Source of the DNA: an uncultured delta proteobacterium
GTDB taxonomy: Bacteria; Myxococcota_A; Polyangia; Fen-1088
Direction of reading: 5' to 3'
NCBI GenBank assembly: GCA_963796685.1
Contig: CAWCMR010000015.1
Location: forward strand, 320,001-384,000
DNA length: 64,000 nt
Numbering within the stretch: the stretch's first letter is position 1; each line of letters starts with the position of its first letter. Below the pieces are notes generated by a model. That model had not been told where the DNA came from. It searched no databases and was given only the letters and a program-made list of their open reading frames with translations. Made by a program: the position numbers and the translations under genes. Below are positions 9,962-22,150 of the stretch, piece by piece.

Positions 9962-12420
9962 TGCCGGGAGGCACGCGTCCCGGCGGCTTGCCTGCACGTC
10001 GTGCCTTGCTGCTTTCCTTTGCCGGGTTGGCCGGCGTTCTGGCGCTAGCCTACCTTCGGGTTCTGTTCTTCGGCGAGACCTTCGCGGTTCGCGATCACCT
10101 GACGTGGACGCTTCCCTCGCGCGTCTTTCTGGCCGAAAGCCTCGGGCGAGGACACCTGCCCGAATGGTGGGACGCTCTTCGTCTGGGTCAGCGCTTCGCG
10201 GCCGACCCGAACAACGGCGTGACCTACCCTGTGGCCTGGGCGATCGCACTCGTGGATCCTTTGTTGGGCGCGGATCTCCTGCTTCTGTTCCACATCCTGC
10301 TGGCGGGCGTGGGCGTACTGCTGCTGGCACGGCGCTTGGGCGCGAGCGCGCTGGGCTCGTTCTTCGGTGCCGCGGCTCTGATGACTTCCGGGTACATGGC
10401 CTCCATGATTGTCAGCGGCACCATCCTTCTGCCGCTGGGCTGGATGCCGCTCGTGGCCTGGGCGGCGCTCGGCATCGCCGAGGTCGAGGAGCGTCGCGAC
10501 TACGTGGGTCGTGGGTTGGCCTTCGCGGCCGTGCTGGCCGGTACAGTGGCGTCCGGCAATCCCGCGGGTGTGAACAGCGTGGTTCTGGCGGCGGCGATGG
10601 TGGCGTTGACCGCACGCCACCGACGCTCCGCCCTCGCGGTTCTTGCCGGCGCGGGGGTTCTTGCCGCGCTCATGGGCGCGGCCTCGGTGCTGGTGGCCCT
10701 GCAAACCCTGTCGGATAGCCCGCGCGCCGGCGGCTTCTCGCTGGCCCAAAGCGGCGCATGGTCGATGCATCCCCTGCGCCTGCTGGAGCTGATTTGGCCA
10801 CACGCTCTGGGCCATGGTCTGCGCCCCGAGCAGAACCTGGCCGAGTTGTGGGCTCGGGGTGGTGGCGAGCTGGAAGCGAGCTGGTCCGGCAGCGACTACC
10901 TGGGCGTCCCGGTGCTGTTCTGCGCGGTCTTGGCTAGTGCGCGCGACCGGGGCATTCCACGACGCTTGGGAATTCTTTCCCTGTTCTTTCTCGTCCTGGC
11001 CTTGGGAACCTTCACCCCGATCTACGGCGTCTATCGCGGAATCTTCCGCTTCGAACATGTCTTGCGCTATCCGGAGAAGCATCTGGCCACCGCGTTGGTC
11101 TTGTGGTCGGCCCTGGCCGGGATCGGATTCGATCGTCTCTGGGACGCGGCGGAAGACCGCCGTCGTTTGGTACGCATCAGCGCGGTGCTGGTTTTCATCA
11201 TGGCCGCGGGCTTGGTCGCGGTTCATCTCATGCGCGCAAACCTTGCCGACCTGATCGCGCGAACCAGTCTTGCCCGTGGCCGCGGCGTGGATGCCCAGGC
11301 TGCGCTCTCCGCGGTGTTGGATGGTGGCTTGGCCGCCATGGCCGTCACGGCCTTGTTGTTTCTGTCGTTGTGGCTACGCGACCATACGCGCCTCAGCCGC
11401 TTTGCCCGGCCAGGTTTCGCGGTCGTCGTGCTCGCGCAGCTCATCGCGCACGACTGGTCGATGCAAGTCCTCGTCCCTCGCGATCTGGTCAGAAGGTTGC
11501 CCGCGATTCTCGAACCACTGCCACGGCCGTCCCCGGGCGAGCTGCCACGCATTCTGCGGCGGGCGCACGACGTCACGCCGGTCACAACCTCGGGCGAGGC
11601 GAGGGCCACCTACCTTCATCAGCTTGCGATCCCCAACGAAGCTACGGGGTTCGGCTTTGCGCAGGTTCCCGGCTACACCATCGCCGGGACCGCACGCTTC
11701 GAGGCTTTCGTCGCGGCCAGCGGCAGATCGAATCTCGGACGGATCATGTCCTTGCTCGATATCCGCTATCTCATCATCGAGGCCGGCCAGGCCGCGAACA
11801 TGGGAATGCCGGTGCGAACGCCAGGGATGCTGGCGGGACATGTCGTCGTCGAGGACGAAGCACGTCGGCCTCGCGCCTTCGTGGCCTACCGGTACGAGCA
11901 CGGGCTCTCGGATGACCAAATCCTCGATCGGCTCTTTTCGCCCAACCGCTCGGACGTGGATTTCGGCGCCATCCGTCTGAGCGGTACCGGGAGGACCAAC
12001 GCTGCCGCCGAGGAGAATCCCAGCCCGTGCACCATCGAACGCCCGATTGCCGAACACGTGATCTTGCGCTGCCACGCCGCGCGCGCCGGGTACGCTGTCC
12101 TGCTCGACGAGTGGACGCCGGGTTGGACCGCAACGGTCGACGGGACCTCCGCGCCCCTGGAGCGTGCCGACGTCATCTTTCGCGCGGTGGCCGTTCCCCA
12201 GGGCGATTCCGTGGTGGAAATGCGCTACCAGACGCCGGGCTTACGCGCGGGTGCGCTGGTGTCCCTTGCTGGGTGCTTACTTTACTTCGTTCTCGGGCTG
12301 GGCAGGTTGCGCTGGCGTCGCAAGGGCAGGACCGCGATCGATCGCGACGCTGCCTCAGGTTTTGCGGGTCAGGCTGGTGGCCAGAATCTCCATGGCCGAC
12401 AGGTGCCCGGCAGGGGTTAG
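9961..12420 (+). CDS. YfhO family polytopic membrane protein
   Basis: PEWW..LRLGQRFAADP..GVTYP N-terminus, many TMs, C-terminal PGWTATVDG..FRAVAVP.G..VEMRY. Confidence 0.8.
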   Translation: MPGGTRPGGLPARRALLLSFAGLAGVLALAYLRVLFFGETFAVRDHLTWTLPSRVFLAESLGRGHLPEWWDALRLGQRFAADPNNGVTYPVAWAIALVDPLLGADLLLLFHILLAGVGVLLLARRLGASALGSFFGAAALMTSGYMASMIVSGTILLPLGWMPLVAWAALGIAEVEERRDYVGRGLAFAAVLAGTVASGNPAGVNSVVLAAAMVALTARHRRSALAVLAGAGVLAALMGAASVLVALQTLSDSPRAGGFSLAQSGAWSMHPLRLLELIWPHALGHGLRPEQNLAELWARGGGELEASWSGSDYLGVPVLFCAVLASARDRGIPRRLGILSLFFLVLALGTFTPIYGVYRGIFRFEHVLRYPEKHLATALVLWSALAGIGFDRLWDAAEDRRRLVRISAVLVFIMAAGLVAVHLMRANLADLIARTSLARGRGVDAQAALSAVLDGGLAAMAVTALLFLSLWLRDHTRLSRFARPGFAVVVLAQLIAHDWSMQVLVPRDLVRRLPAILEPLPRPSPGELPRILRRAHDVTPVTTSGEARATYLHQLAIPNEATGFGFAQVPGYTIAGTARFEAFVAASGRSNLGRIMSLLDIRYLIIEAGQAANMGMPVRTPGMLAGHVVVEDEARRPRAFVAYRYEHGLSDDQILDRLFSPNRSDVDFGAIRLSGTGRTNAAAEENPSPCTIERPIAEHVILRCHAARAGYAVLLDEWTPGWTATVDGTSAPLERADVIFRAVAVPQGDSVVEMRYQTPGLRAGALVSLAGCLLYFVLGLGRLRWRRKGRTAIDRDAASGFAGQAGGQNLHGRQVPGRG

Positions 12421-12654
12421 GGTATAGGTCTGTCGCGGCAGTCCCGTCCGCTTGTCGACGGCACCAGCATGGCGTTCGACCATGCCAGCGCCTTCCAACG
12501 CATGGATCGTGGCGAGGAAACTCGGCTCATCGAGCTCGATCTTTCCGGCCGTCCAGTCACGAACCTTGCGCACGATCTCGGGTTCATCGCTCTCACCGTT
12601 GATGAGCACGCGCAGCAGGGCGGCTTGCGGTGTGATCGATGATCCCTGGCTCAT
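12355..12654 (-). CDS. PadR-like winged-helix protein
   Basis: IHALEGAGMV...PRQTYTLTPAG pattern. Confidence 0.65.
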   Translation of the reverse strand: MSQGSSITPQAALLRVLINGESDEPEIVRKVRDWTAGKIELDEPSFLATIHALEGAGMVERHAGAVDKRTGLPRQTYTLTPAGHLSAMEILATSLTRKT

Positions 12655-12677
12655 GCAGCACATCCCCCTGTCTGGCG

Positions 12678-12950
12678 CTACTCCTCGTCCTCGTCTGCTT
12701 CCGTCGACTGACGGCGGAGCAATTCGTACGTCAACGTGCTTTCGATGGACGACTGCACTGGCACCGTGACTTCATCGTCGACGACTTCATTCGGTGCTGC
12801 CTGCGCAGGAGTCTTGCCGTGGCCCTTCTCTTGTCGGCTGCCTTCCTCAAACGCCGGAAGCTCGCGTGTCTTGTCCATGGGATTGGGAAGCATGACGATC
12901 GGGACGCCATCGGCGGCCAAGGGCACGCGCAGGGTTTTCTTCGTCGTCAT
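12678..12950 (-). CDS. hypothetical protein
   Basis: Short acidic ORF directly upstream of the PadR-like gene; no recognised motif. Confidence 0.45.
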   Translation of the reverse strand: MTTKKTLRVPLAADGVPIVMLPNPMDKTRELPAFEEGSRQEKGHGKTPAQAAPNEVVDDEVTVPVQSSIESTLTYELLRRQSTEADEDEE

Positions 12951-13040
12951 GGATTCGCCACCGTTTGCGTCAGGAAGATGAACAACAACCATACCATTGT
13001 ACTACGTCTGTGGCAGCGGCGTCGCGAATCCAATCAATCG

Positions 13041-13128
13041 CATCAATCGCACGCACATCAATCGCACGCACATCAATCGCACGCACATCAATCGCACGCA
13101 CATCAATCGCACGCACATCAATGGCACG
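13041..13128. repeat. 15-bp tandem repeat (CATCAATCGCACGCA x5 plus partial)
   Basis: Five perfect copies at 13041-13115 and a degenerate sixth. Confidence 0.95.
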
Positions 13129-13230
13129 ATTCGCTCGGGCCAGGGGAGGCGGCTCGGGCCACGGTGCGGAGGCGATGGGTGCGCAAAACGAGACGTGCAT
13201 GCTTTGCTCGGAACGAGTATGAAAGCTGCC

Positions 13231-14430
13231 ATGAGTGAAAAGGATCAGGACTTTGCTTCGATGCTGGCCGAGTTCGAGCAGCGCAATCCCGGTGGGGGAC
13301 GCGCGCAGGCGCGCGTGGGCGATTCCGTCCGTGGCCACCTGACCAGCATCGGACAAGAATCCGCGGTCGTGGAGATCGACGGCGGTGCCGGCGATGGGAT
13401 GATCGGCCTTGACGAGCTTCGCGACGAGGACGGCAATCTGACCGTCAAGCTGGGGGACGAGATCGAGGCGCGGGTCATCGAAACCATGGGGAAGAAGGGA
13501 TGCGTGGTCTTGCGGCGTGCGATGGCGCGCGGACCCGAGGCGAGGGCGGAGCTGACACAGGCGGCCGAGCTCGGCTTGACCGTGGAAGGCACCGTGACCG
13601 CCGTGAACAAGGGGGGCGTCGAGGTGACCGTCGCGGGCGTGCGTGGCTTTTGCCCCATCTCGCAGCTCGATAGTCGGCACGTCCCCGATGCCGCCGAGTA
13701 CGTCGGACACAAGTACTCGTTTCGCGTCACGCGCTACGATGTCGATCGCCGGGGCGCCAACCTGGTGGTGTCGCGCAGGGCGTTGCTCGAAGAAGAGGCA
13801 CGCGGTCGGGCCGAGAAGATACGCGCCAAGTTGGTGGTTGGCGCGGTCCTTCCCGGCGTGGTCTCGACCATCAAGGACTTTGGTGCCTTCGTGGATCTAG
13901 GCGGCATCGAAGGCATGTTGCACGTCTCGGAGCTTGGCTACTCGCGCACCACTCGTCCCGAAGAGGTGCTGGCGGTGGGCCAGCATCTGGATGTGCAGAT
14001 CCTGCGCATCGAAAAGACCGACGATCCCAGACGGCCCGAAAGGATTTCGCTTTCGCTCAAGGCCATGGCGCGCGATCCCTGGGAGGACGTGCGCACGAAT
14101 TTTCCTTCGGGAACCCAGGTCGCCGGCAAGGTGGTGCGTGTCGAACCGTTCGGCGCATTTGTCGAATTGGCTCCGGGCGTGGAGGGATTGGTGCATGCGT
14201 CCGAGCTTGGCGCGGGTAAGCAGGTTCGCCACGCCCGCGAGGTCTGCAAGGTTGGCGATACGCTGACGGTGACCGTGCTGGCGCTGGATCACGAACGCCG
14301 ACGGATCTCGCTGGGTGTGGGGGAGCGGACCGACGTGGTCAGCCAGGAAGACATGGATCGCGCGCGTGCGGCGGCCGGTCCGGCCCGGTTCGGGACCTTG
14401 GGTGATTTGCTCCGAGCCAAGAAGCCGTAA
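13231..14430 (+). CDS. S1 RNA-binding domain protein (RpsA-like, 4 S1 domains)
   Basis: GFCPISQL, FGAFVDLGGIEGMLHVSEL, FGAFVELAPGVEGLVHASEL, C-terminal GTLGDLL. Confidence 0.9.
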   Translation: MSEKDQDFASMLAEFEQRNPGGGRAQARVGDSVRGHLTSIGQESAVVEIDGGAGDGMIGLDELRDEDGNLTVKLGDEIEARVIETMGKKGCVVLRRAMARGPEARAELTQAAELGLTVEGTVTAVNKGGVEVTVAGVRGFCPISQLDSRHVPDAAEYVGHKYSFRVTRYDVDRRGANLVVSRRALLEEEARGRAEKIRAKLVVGAVLPGVVSTIKDFGAFVDLGGIEGMLHVSELGYSRTTRPEEVLAVGQHLDVQILRIEKTDDPRRPERISLSLKAMARDPWEDVRTNFPSGTQVAGKVVRVEPFGAFVELAPGVEGLVHASELGAGKQVRHAREVCKVGDTLTVTVLALDHERRRISLGVGERTDVVSQEDMDRARAAAGPARFGTLGDLLRAKKP

Positions 14431-14601
14431 CCTCACCATCCTGGCAGATCACGACCACGGCCTTCTGCGGCTATCGCGGTGGAACCAGGGCGCCCCAGTC
14501 AAGTGGGCATTTGGCGGGGATGTTGGTAGACTTCAAACTGCGCCCGCAGCTCAACTGCTGTTTCCGGGTAGGTCGGAGACGCGGCGCGGAGTCCGTCCAT
14601 C

Positions 14602-15759
14602 ATGCTGTCAGGTCAAGATCCTCGGCCGGCGACGATCACCGTCGAAGGGCATCTGACGCTTTCCGCCACCATCAACTGGCACCTGTCGGCGCGCAAGATC
14701 GACCTGCGCGCGCTCTTACGCGTGATTCTCGGTCCGGCGAAGGTGGTGGATCAGGCCCCCTTGCTCGAGGCTCTCAACTACTTGCACCAGGCCTACGGCG
14801 ACCGGCGGCGCAAGAATGGGCCGGCGGCCGTGCTGCACTGTCTGCGTATCGCCGCCATGCTGGCCCGGGTGATGCCGGCGCCAACCACGCTCGACCTGCT
14901 GGGCGCGTTCCTCCACGACAAGGAAGAAGATCTCACGCGCGAAGAGTTGGGCTCGACCGAGTGGGATCGATTGCAGTCCGAGTTCGCCCGGGTACTCGAA
15001 AAGATCGATTCCAACCATCGCTGGTTCCTGGGTGAGCGCATTGCCCTGCTATGGCGGCAGTCATCGCAGTCCTACTACGAATATGTCGGCACGGTGCTAT
15101 CCAAGGTACGCACCATGCCCGACCTCTTGCGCTGCAAGCTGGCGGATCGTCTGGACAACACCCTGGACATCGCGGTTCAGCGTACCCCCACCGACCAGAA
15201 CGCATTCTTCGAGCTGGCTTTCGGGATGCTGTTCTTGCCGGGCTATCAGCCTGCGACGAACGATGGCGCGGTCGTTCCCGATGTCGAGGCGTGCGTGCTG
15301 CTCATCTCACAGCTCTTCAAGAACGTGGTGCTCATGAGCATGATGCGCCAGCAGGAGCTCGATCACCTGGACGACACCACCACCCGCCTCTTCCACGCTC
15401 TGGCCACCACCAGCCGCGAGCAAGCGCAATGGGCCGTGTCGGGCCTGCTCTCCGCGCCTTCGCTGGGGTGGCAAGAGCGGCGCAATCTCTTGCGCGAAAT
15501 GATGGACTACTGCTCGGGAGGGGGCATGGACGCCATTCGTCGCAAGGACAAGGGCGGCCTGCTCGACGGAAGTTTCCTCGAACACTTCGCCAATCCCGAC
15601 GATCGGACGCGCAAGAAACAGATCGAGCGCCTTTACGACGACAAGCCGCTCTTCATTCGCGTGCTCGTGCTCTACATCGGGATGTTCACCAACTTCCTCG
15701 CCGATTCGCACTACTACCTGCACGGCATCGACCGCTCCGGCCTGCATGCGGTGGACTAG
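14602..15759 (+). CDS. HD-domain protein resembling the RelA/SpoT (p)ppGpp hydrolase domain, with C-terminal extension
   Basis: RRKNG..VLH, FLHDKEED and KLADRLDN motifs. Confidence 0.7.
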   Translation: MLSGQDPRPATITVEGHLTLSATINWHLSARKIDLRALLRVILGPAKVVDQAPLLEALNYLHQAYGDRRRKNGPAAVLHCLRIAAMLARVMPAPTTLDLLGAFLHDKEEDLTREELGSTEWDRLQSEFARVLEKIDSNHRWFLGERIALLWRQSSQSYYEYVGTVLSKVRTMPDLLRCKLADRLDNTLDIAVQRTPTDQNAFFELAFGMLFLPGYQPATNDGAVVPDVEACVLLISQLFKNVVLMSMMRQQELDHLDDTTTRLFHALATTSREQAQWAVSGLLSAPSLGWQERRNLLREMMDYCSGGGMDAIRRKDKGGLLDGSFLEHFANPDDRTRKKQIERLYDDKPLFIRVLVLYIGMFTNFLADSHYYLHGIDRSGLHAVD

Positions 15760-15802
15760 CCCGCAGAGAAATGGTCTTGGTGCGACCCATGAGTAGTTCG
15801 GG

Positions 15803-17927
<2,125 letters not shown>

Positions 17928-18053
17928 CTACCGGGCAAAGCCCGGTTTCGCCATCGCGACCAGAGCACAGAGGACGCAGAGAACACGGACAGCGGCCTCG
18001 GCAGCGCCAGGCAATCCCTTGGATTCAGGAGGAATTCACCCCGTTCGGTGCTG

Positions 18054-18554
18054 TTAGGCCTGACCCTCGTTGAGGGCGCGTTCGAGATCGGCTTCGACCG
18101 ATTCACGATTCGACGCACGCGCGACGGACAGCTCTTGAATGACCAGACCACGGGCGGTATCGAGCATGCGCCTCTCTCCAAACGAGAGCGATTTGGTCTT
18201 CTTCAGTCGGTGCAGATCTCGGAACACCTCGGCCACTTCGAACAAGGAGCCGGACTTGATCTTGTCCATGAATGCCCGATAGCGGCGGTTCCAAGTGTGG
18301 CGCTCGAACTGCACGACTTTCTCGCGCAGGATTTGCAGAACCTCCTCGGCGTCCGCTTTTCCGGCCACCGGGCGCAGGCCCACTTGTTCGGCCTTGTCGA
18401 TGTGAACGAGAATCTTGAGGTCGCTAGTCGTCAGTCGCAGGACATAGAACTCCTGGACCTTTCCGCCGATTTCCTTCTTCTCGATCTCCACGACCTCGGC
18501 GATGCCGCGTGAAGGGTAGACAGCTTTTTGGCCGATCGTCAGCGTGAGTGCCAA
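18054..18554 (-). CDS. CarD/CdnL family transcriptional regulator
   Basis: GQKAVYP..G, VGLRPV, WNRRYR..MDKIKSG, LSFGERRML. Confidence 0.93.
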   Translation of the reverse strand: MALTLTIGQKAVYPSRGIAEVVEIEKKEIGGKVQEFYVLRLTTSDLKILVHIDKAEQVGLRPVAGKADAEEVLQILREKVVQFERHTWNRRYRAFMDKIKSGSLFEVAEVFRDLHRLKKTKSLSFGERRMLDTARGLVIQELSVARASNRESVEADLERALNEGQA

Positions 18555-18839
18555 GAGCAGGCTCCTTGTTGAAGCGGTCGAACGACCGCTCGATGTGAAT
18601 CTTCCAGAGACACTTTAGCGCACTATGTCCCCGCCGATCCAAGGGATTCGACGTAGCGCGAGCCCGATCACACACCCTTGGATGCACATTTTGAATGCGC
18701 GTTGGATGGCGCGAGTCTGCATTTGGGATTAGACCAGTGCGTCTAGATTGCATCTTCCATGGCACGCGTGGGCCCGCCCCTCGGCGGCGATCTGCATGGA
18801 TTCGCCGGGTCACCGAGCCTACAATCGGAGGAGTGGACC

Positions 18840-19448
18840 ATGATTAGACGTGCGAACAGGACAAGCGGGTTCTCTCTGGTGGAGCTGATGGTCGTCGTCG
18901 TGATCATCGGAATTCTGGCTGCGATCTCGGCGATCGGATACCGGAAATACATAGCGCGTGCGCGCCTTTCCGAGGCCACCGCGATGCTGGCCGAGCTCGC
19001 TGCCAAGGAACAACTCTACTTTCTCGACAACGGGCAGTACATGGAAGCCCACAACGACAGCGTGGCGGCCTCCTACCCGAGCGCGAGCGAAGCAGCGGCC
19101 GAATTCTGGCCGCAAAATCCCAGCCTGCAATTCGACTCGGCTCGGACGCCCACCGCGGTCGCACCTTTGCCCACATCTTGGCGCGCTCTTGGCATACGCC
19201 CTCGCTGGCAACAGCTCTTTTGCACGTACATGGTCAATGCCGGCGCACCCGGCAGCAGCCTTCCCACCGGAAATGTCGCGGCGAGCATTTGGGCAGCTTC
19301 GCCCAATGTCCCTTGGTTTTACGCCATGGCCGTCTGCAACCTCGGGGGCGTGGCTGGCTGGCCCAACACCGATTCCACGAGATTCGTAACGGTTCTCGTG
19401 TTGACCCAGGACTCCCCGGCCATCCAGACGACCGACGAGAACCAGTAG
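18840..19448 (+). CDS. type IV pilin-like protein
   Basis: GGAGG RBS; class III signal G/FSLVELMVVVVIIGILAAI. Confidence 0.9.
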   Translation: MIRRANRTSGFSLVELMVVVVIIGILAAISAIGYRKYIARARLSEATAMLAELAAKEQLYFLDNGQYMEAHNDSVAASYPSASEAAAEFWPQNPSLQFDSARTPTAVAPLPTSWRALGIRPRWQQLFCTYMVNAGAPGSSLPTGNVAASIWAASPNVPWFYAMAVCNLGGVAGWPNTDSTRFVTVLVLTQDSPAIQTTDENQ

Positions 19449-19793
19449 GGCGGTCGAGATCAGGGTGGGCTGTGCCAATTTAGGTCACATCCTAGGGTGA
19501 GCCTTCCCGACATTGTCACCAAGCTCTGGATTCCGACCACCACGTATTGTGTAAAATCGTAATAGTTACGATGTTTTACGCGCGTTGTCTCGGTTGTGTT
19601 CAAAACATCGATTCCAACCGAACGATGGTCCTGACAACGTGGCGCTCTCGCCCTATTTGACCTGGAGGCGATTCCAGCATCGAGGGCCGGCCAATGTTTG
19701 TCACTCCACCCCACGAGGACAGGGTCCTCGCCGTTCCAGTTTTTGCTATTTATATCAAATGGTTACGTCGCATTATCTGCCCTGTCCAGAAGA

Positions 19794-19809
19794 TGGCACG
19801 GTGGCTGCA
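19794..19809 (+). promoter_or_regulatory. sigma54 -24/-12 promoter
   Basis: TGGCAC-GGTGG-CTGCA, 25 nt upstream of the pilin ATG, preceded by an AT-rich stretch. Confidence 0.75.
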
Positions 19810-19834
19810 GTGAACGCGGCCAGGAGGCAACCCA

Positions 19835-20383
19835 ATGATTAGAGCACGCAAGAAGAGCGGAGGTTTCACCCTGGTCGAGTTGATGATCGTCGTGGCGATC
19901 ATCGGAATTTTGGCCGCAGTGGCCATCCCGGCGTTCACCAGGTACGTCAAGAAGTCGCGTACCGCCGAGGCCGTCGGCCACCTCAACAAGGAGTGGGCAG
20001 GATCGTTGACCTATTACGAAACCGACCACGTCAAGGCAGGCGGAACCATGCTCCCGAAGGCGTTCCCAGGTGTTAGCGCGGCCTGGGCCAATGGCGGCAA
20101 GGATTGTGGGTGTTCGACGGGCGCTCGTTGCGCCGGCAACGACCAGGTTTGGGGAAGCGATCCCGTTTGGCAGGCTCTCAACTTCGCGTTGCCCGATCCG
20201 CACAATTATTTGCCCGGCTACAGCGGAAGCGGTACGGGACCTTTGGCGCAATTCACCGCCTATGCCAGGGGCGACTTGAACTGCAACCAAACATTTTCTG
20301 AGTTCAGCCGCCAGGGCGCCATCAACAGCAACGGCGACGTGACCGGCAGCTACCAGCCGCTCATCGTGAACGAGCTCGAATAG
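19835..20383 (+). CDS. pilA: type IV pilin, probable major pilin
   Basis: [28 protein letters not shown] motif, strong RBS, own sigma54 promoter and terminator. Confidence 0.85.
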   Translation: MIRARKKSGGFTLVELMIVVAIIGILAAVAIPAFTRYVKKSRTAEAVGHLNKEWAGSLTYYETDHVKAGGTMLPKAFPGVSAAWANGGKDCGCSTGARCAGNDQVWGSDPVWQALNFALPDPHNYLPGYSGSGTGPLAQFTAYARGDLNCNQTFSEFSRQGAINSNGDVTGSYQPLIVNELE

Positions 20384-20401
20384 CGATCGTACCTGCTGAC
20401 G

Positions 20402-20436
20402 AAGAGCCCCGGTGGACATTCCCCCGGGGCTTTTCT
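20402..20436 (+). terminator. intrinsic terminator
   Basis: AGCCCCGG..CCGGGGCT stem followed by TTTCT, between convergent genes. Confidence 0.85.
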
Positions 20437-20448
20437 CTATGCCTAGAC

Positions 20449-22047
20449 CTAGACCGCCGGGCCGTCGCCGCGGGACAGGACCGTGTCCTTGGCCAGGCGC
20501 TGGTCGTGTTCGGGATGGTCAAGATTGAAGTGCAGGCCGCGGCTTTCGCGTCGGCGACGCGCGCTCTCGATGATCAGCTCGGCGACCAGGGCGATGTTGC
20601 GCAGCTCGAGCAGATCGCCACTGACCTGGAAATTCCAATAGTACTCGCGGATCTCTTCGCGAATCATCTGCATGCGCCGGGCTGCGCGCTCGAGCCGCTT
20701 GTCCGAGCGTACGATGCCCACGTAGTTCCACATCAGGCGGCGGATCTCATCCCAGGTGTGGCTGACCACGACTGCCTCGTCCGTCACCGTGGCGTCCCCG
20801 GCATACCAGGGTGCGACTTGCATGGGGCGATTGACGGAAATGCCGCGCACGTCCTCAGCCGCCCGAGCCGCATACACGAGGGCCTCCAGCAGCGAATTGG
20901 AGGCTAACCTGCAGGCGCCGTGCAGGCCGGTCATGGAGGCTTCACCGATGGCGTACAGATTGCGCACGTTGGTGCGACCGTTGCCATCGACCTGAATCCC
21001 GCCGCAGCTATAGTGGGCCGCGGGCACTACCGGGATCGGGGTCGTGCGCATGTCGATGCCAAGCTCCAAGCATCGGCCATGGATGTTGGGGAATCGATCG
21101 AGCAGGAAATCGCCGGGCAGATGGGTCATGTCGAGCACCACGTGATCGTCGCCCGTGCGCTTGAGCTCCGCGTCGATGGCGCGCGCGACCACGTCGCGCG
21201 AGGCCAGATCCTTCATCTCATGGTAGCGCCCCATGAAGGCCGAGCCGTCGCGCAAGCGCAAGATGCCGCCCTCGCCGCGCAAGGCCTCGCTGATGAGGAA
21301 CGACTTCGCTGCCGGGTGATACAGGACCGTGGGGTGGAACTGGAAGAACTCCATGTTGGCGACGCGTGCGCCCACCCGGTAGGCCATGGCGACGCCGTCT
21401 CCTGTGGCCACGTCCGGGTTCGAGGTGTAGAGGTAGACCTTGCCGGCACCACCGGTCGCGATGATCACCGCCCGAGCCGTGATGGTCGTGACCTCGCCGG
21501 TATGCTGGTCGTAGACGTAGGCGCCGAAGACCGCGTTGGGACCGCCGTATTTGGCGGTGGTCAAGAGATCCACGGCCATGTGGTTCGGTAGCAGGGTGAT
21601 GCTGTCGCTATACCCACGTACGGTTTCGAGGAGCGCGTTGTGGATGGCGGCGCCGGTCATGTCACGCACGTGGGCGACGCGTCGGGTGCTATGGCCGCCC
21701 TCGCGGCCGAGGCTGAAGTCGCCGTTCTTGTCGCGGTCGAAGGCCACCCCGATCTGATTCGCCAGATAGAGGATGTGCTCCGGCCCTTGGCGCACGCAGG
21801 TCTCGACCGCCTCGCGCGTGCACAGGCCGTCCCCCACGCGCAGCGTGTCCTCGATGTGCTGTTCCGCGCTGTCGTTGGCCCCCAGGACACCCGCCACGCC
21901 GCCTTGGGCGTGCTGGGTGTTGCTGTCCGTCAATTCGCGCTTCGAGACCAAGACCACGCGTCCATGCGGGCAAGCCCGCAGGGCGAAATACAGACCAGCA
22001 AGCCCTGAGCCAAGAACCAAATAGTCGGCTTCCAAGATGATGGGAAT
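20449..22047 (-). CDS. nadB: L-aspartate oxidase
   Basis: GSGLAGL, AQGGVA, REGGHS.RR, QFHPT, LISEALRGEG, HY.CGG, LASNSLLE; start uncertain (ATT after GGAGG). Confidence 0.95.
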   Translation of the reverse strand: MPIILEADYLVLGSGLAGLYFALRACPHGRVVLVSKRELTDSNTQHAQGGVAGVLGANDSAEQHIEDTLRVGDGLCTREAVETCVRQGPEHILYLANQIGVAFDRDKNGDFSLGREGGHSTRRVAHVRDMTGAAIHNALLETVRGYSDSITLLPNHMAVDLLTTAKYGGPNAVFGAYVYDQHTGEVTTITARAVIIATGGAGKVYLYTSNPDVATGDGVAMAYRVGARVANMEFFQFHPTVLYHPAAKSFLISEALRGEGGILRLRDGSAFMGRYHEMKDLASRDVVARAIDAELKRTGDDHVVLDMTHLPGDFLLDRFPNIHGRCLELGIDMRTTPIPVVPAAHYSCGGIQVDGNGRTNVRNLYAIGEASMTGLHGACRLASNSLLEALVYAARAAEDVRGISVNRPMQVAPWYAGDATVTDEAVVVSHTWDEIRRLMWNYVGIVRSDKRLERAARRMQMIREEIREYYWNFQVSGDLLELRNIALVAELIIESARRRRESRGLHFNLDHPEHDQRLAKDTVLSRGDGPAV

Positions 22048-22150
22048 GTAGCACCTCCCGGGTGGATTCTCCCGTCGTCGAATGAAGTTTTGGGAAGGCC
22101 CGGCCAGCTTGCTGGGGATCGCGCCATGGGCTGTGTTACGATCCAGACGA

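Noticed and set aside
12997-13230. INRTH-repeat N-terminal extension of the S1 protein
   Set aside because: Depends on a weak upstream start; S1-like sequence begins at 13219-13231, so the repeat is probably non-coding
17960-17995. Short CAGAG-periodic stretch upstream of ligA
   Set aside because: Too short and degenerate to call a repeat family from one instance
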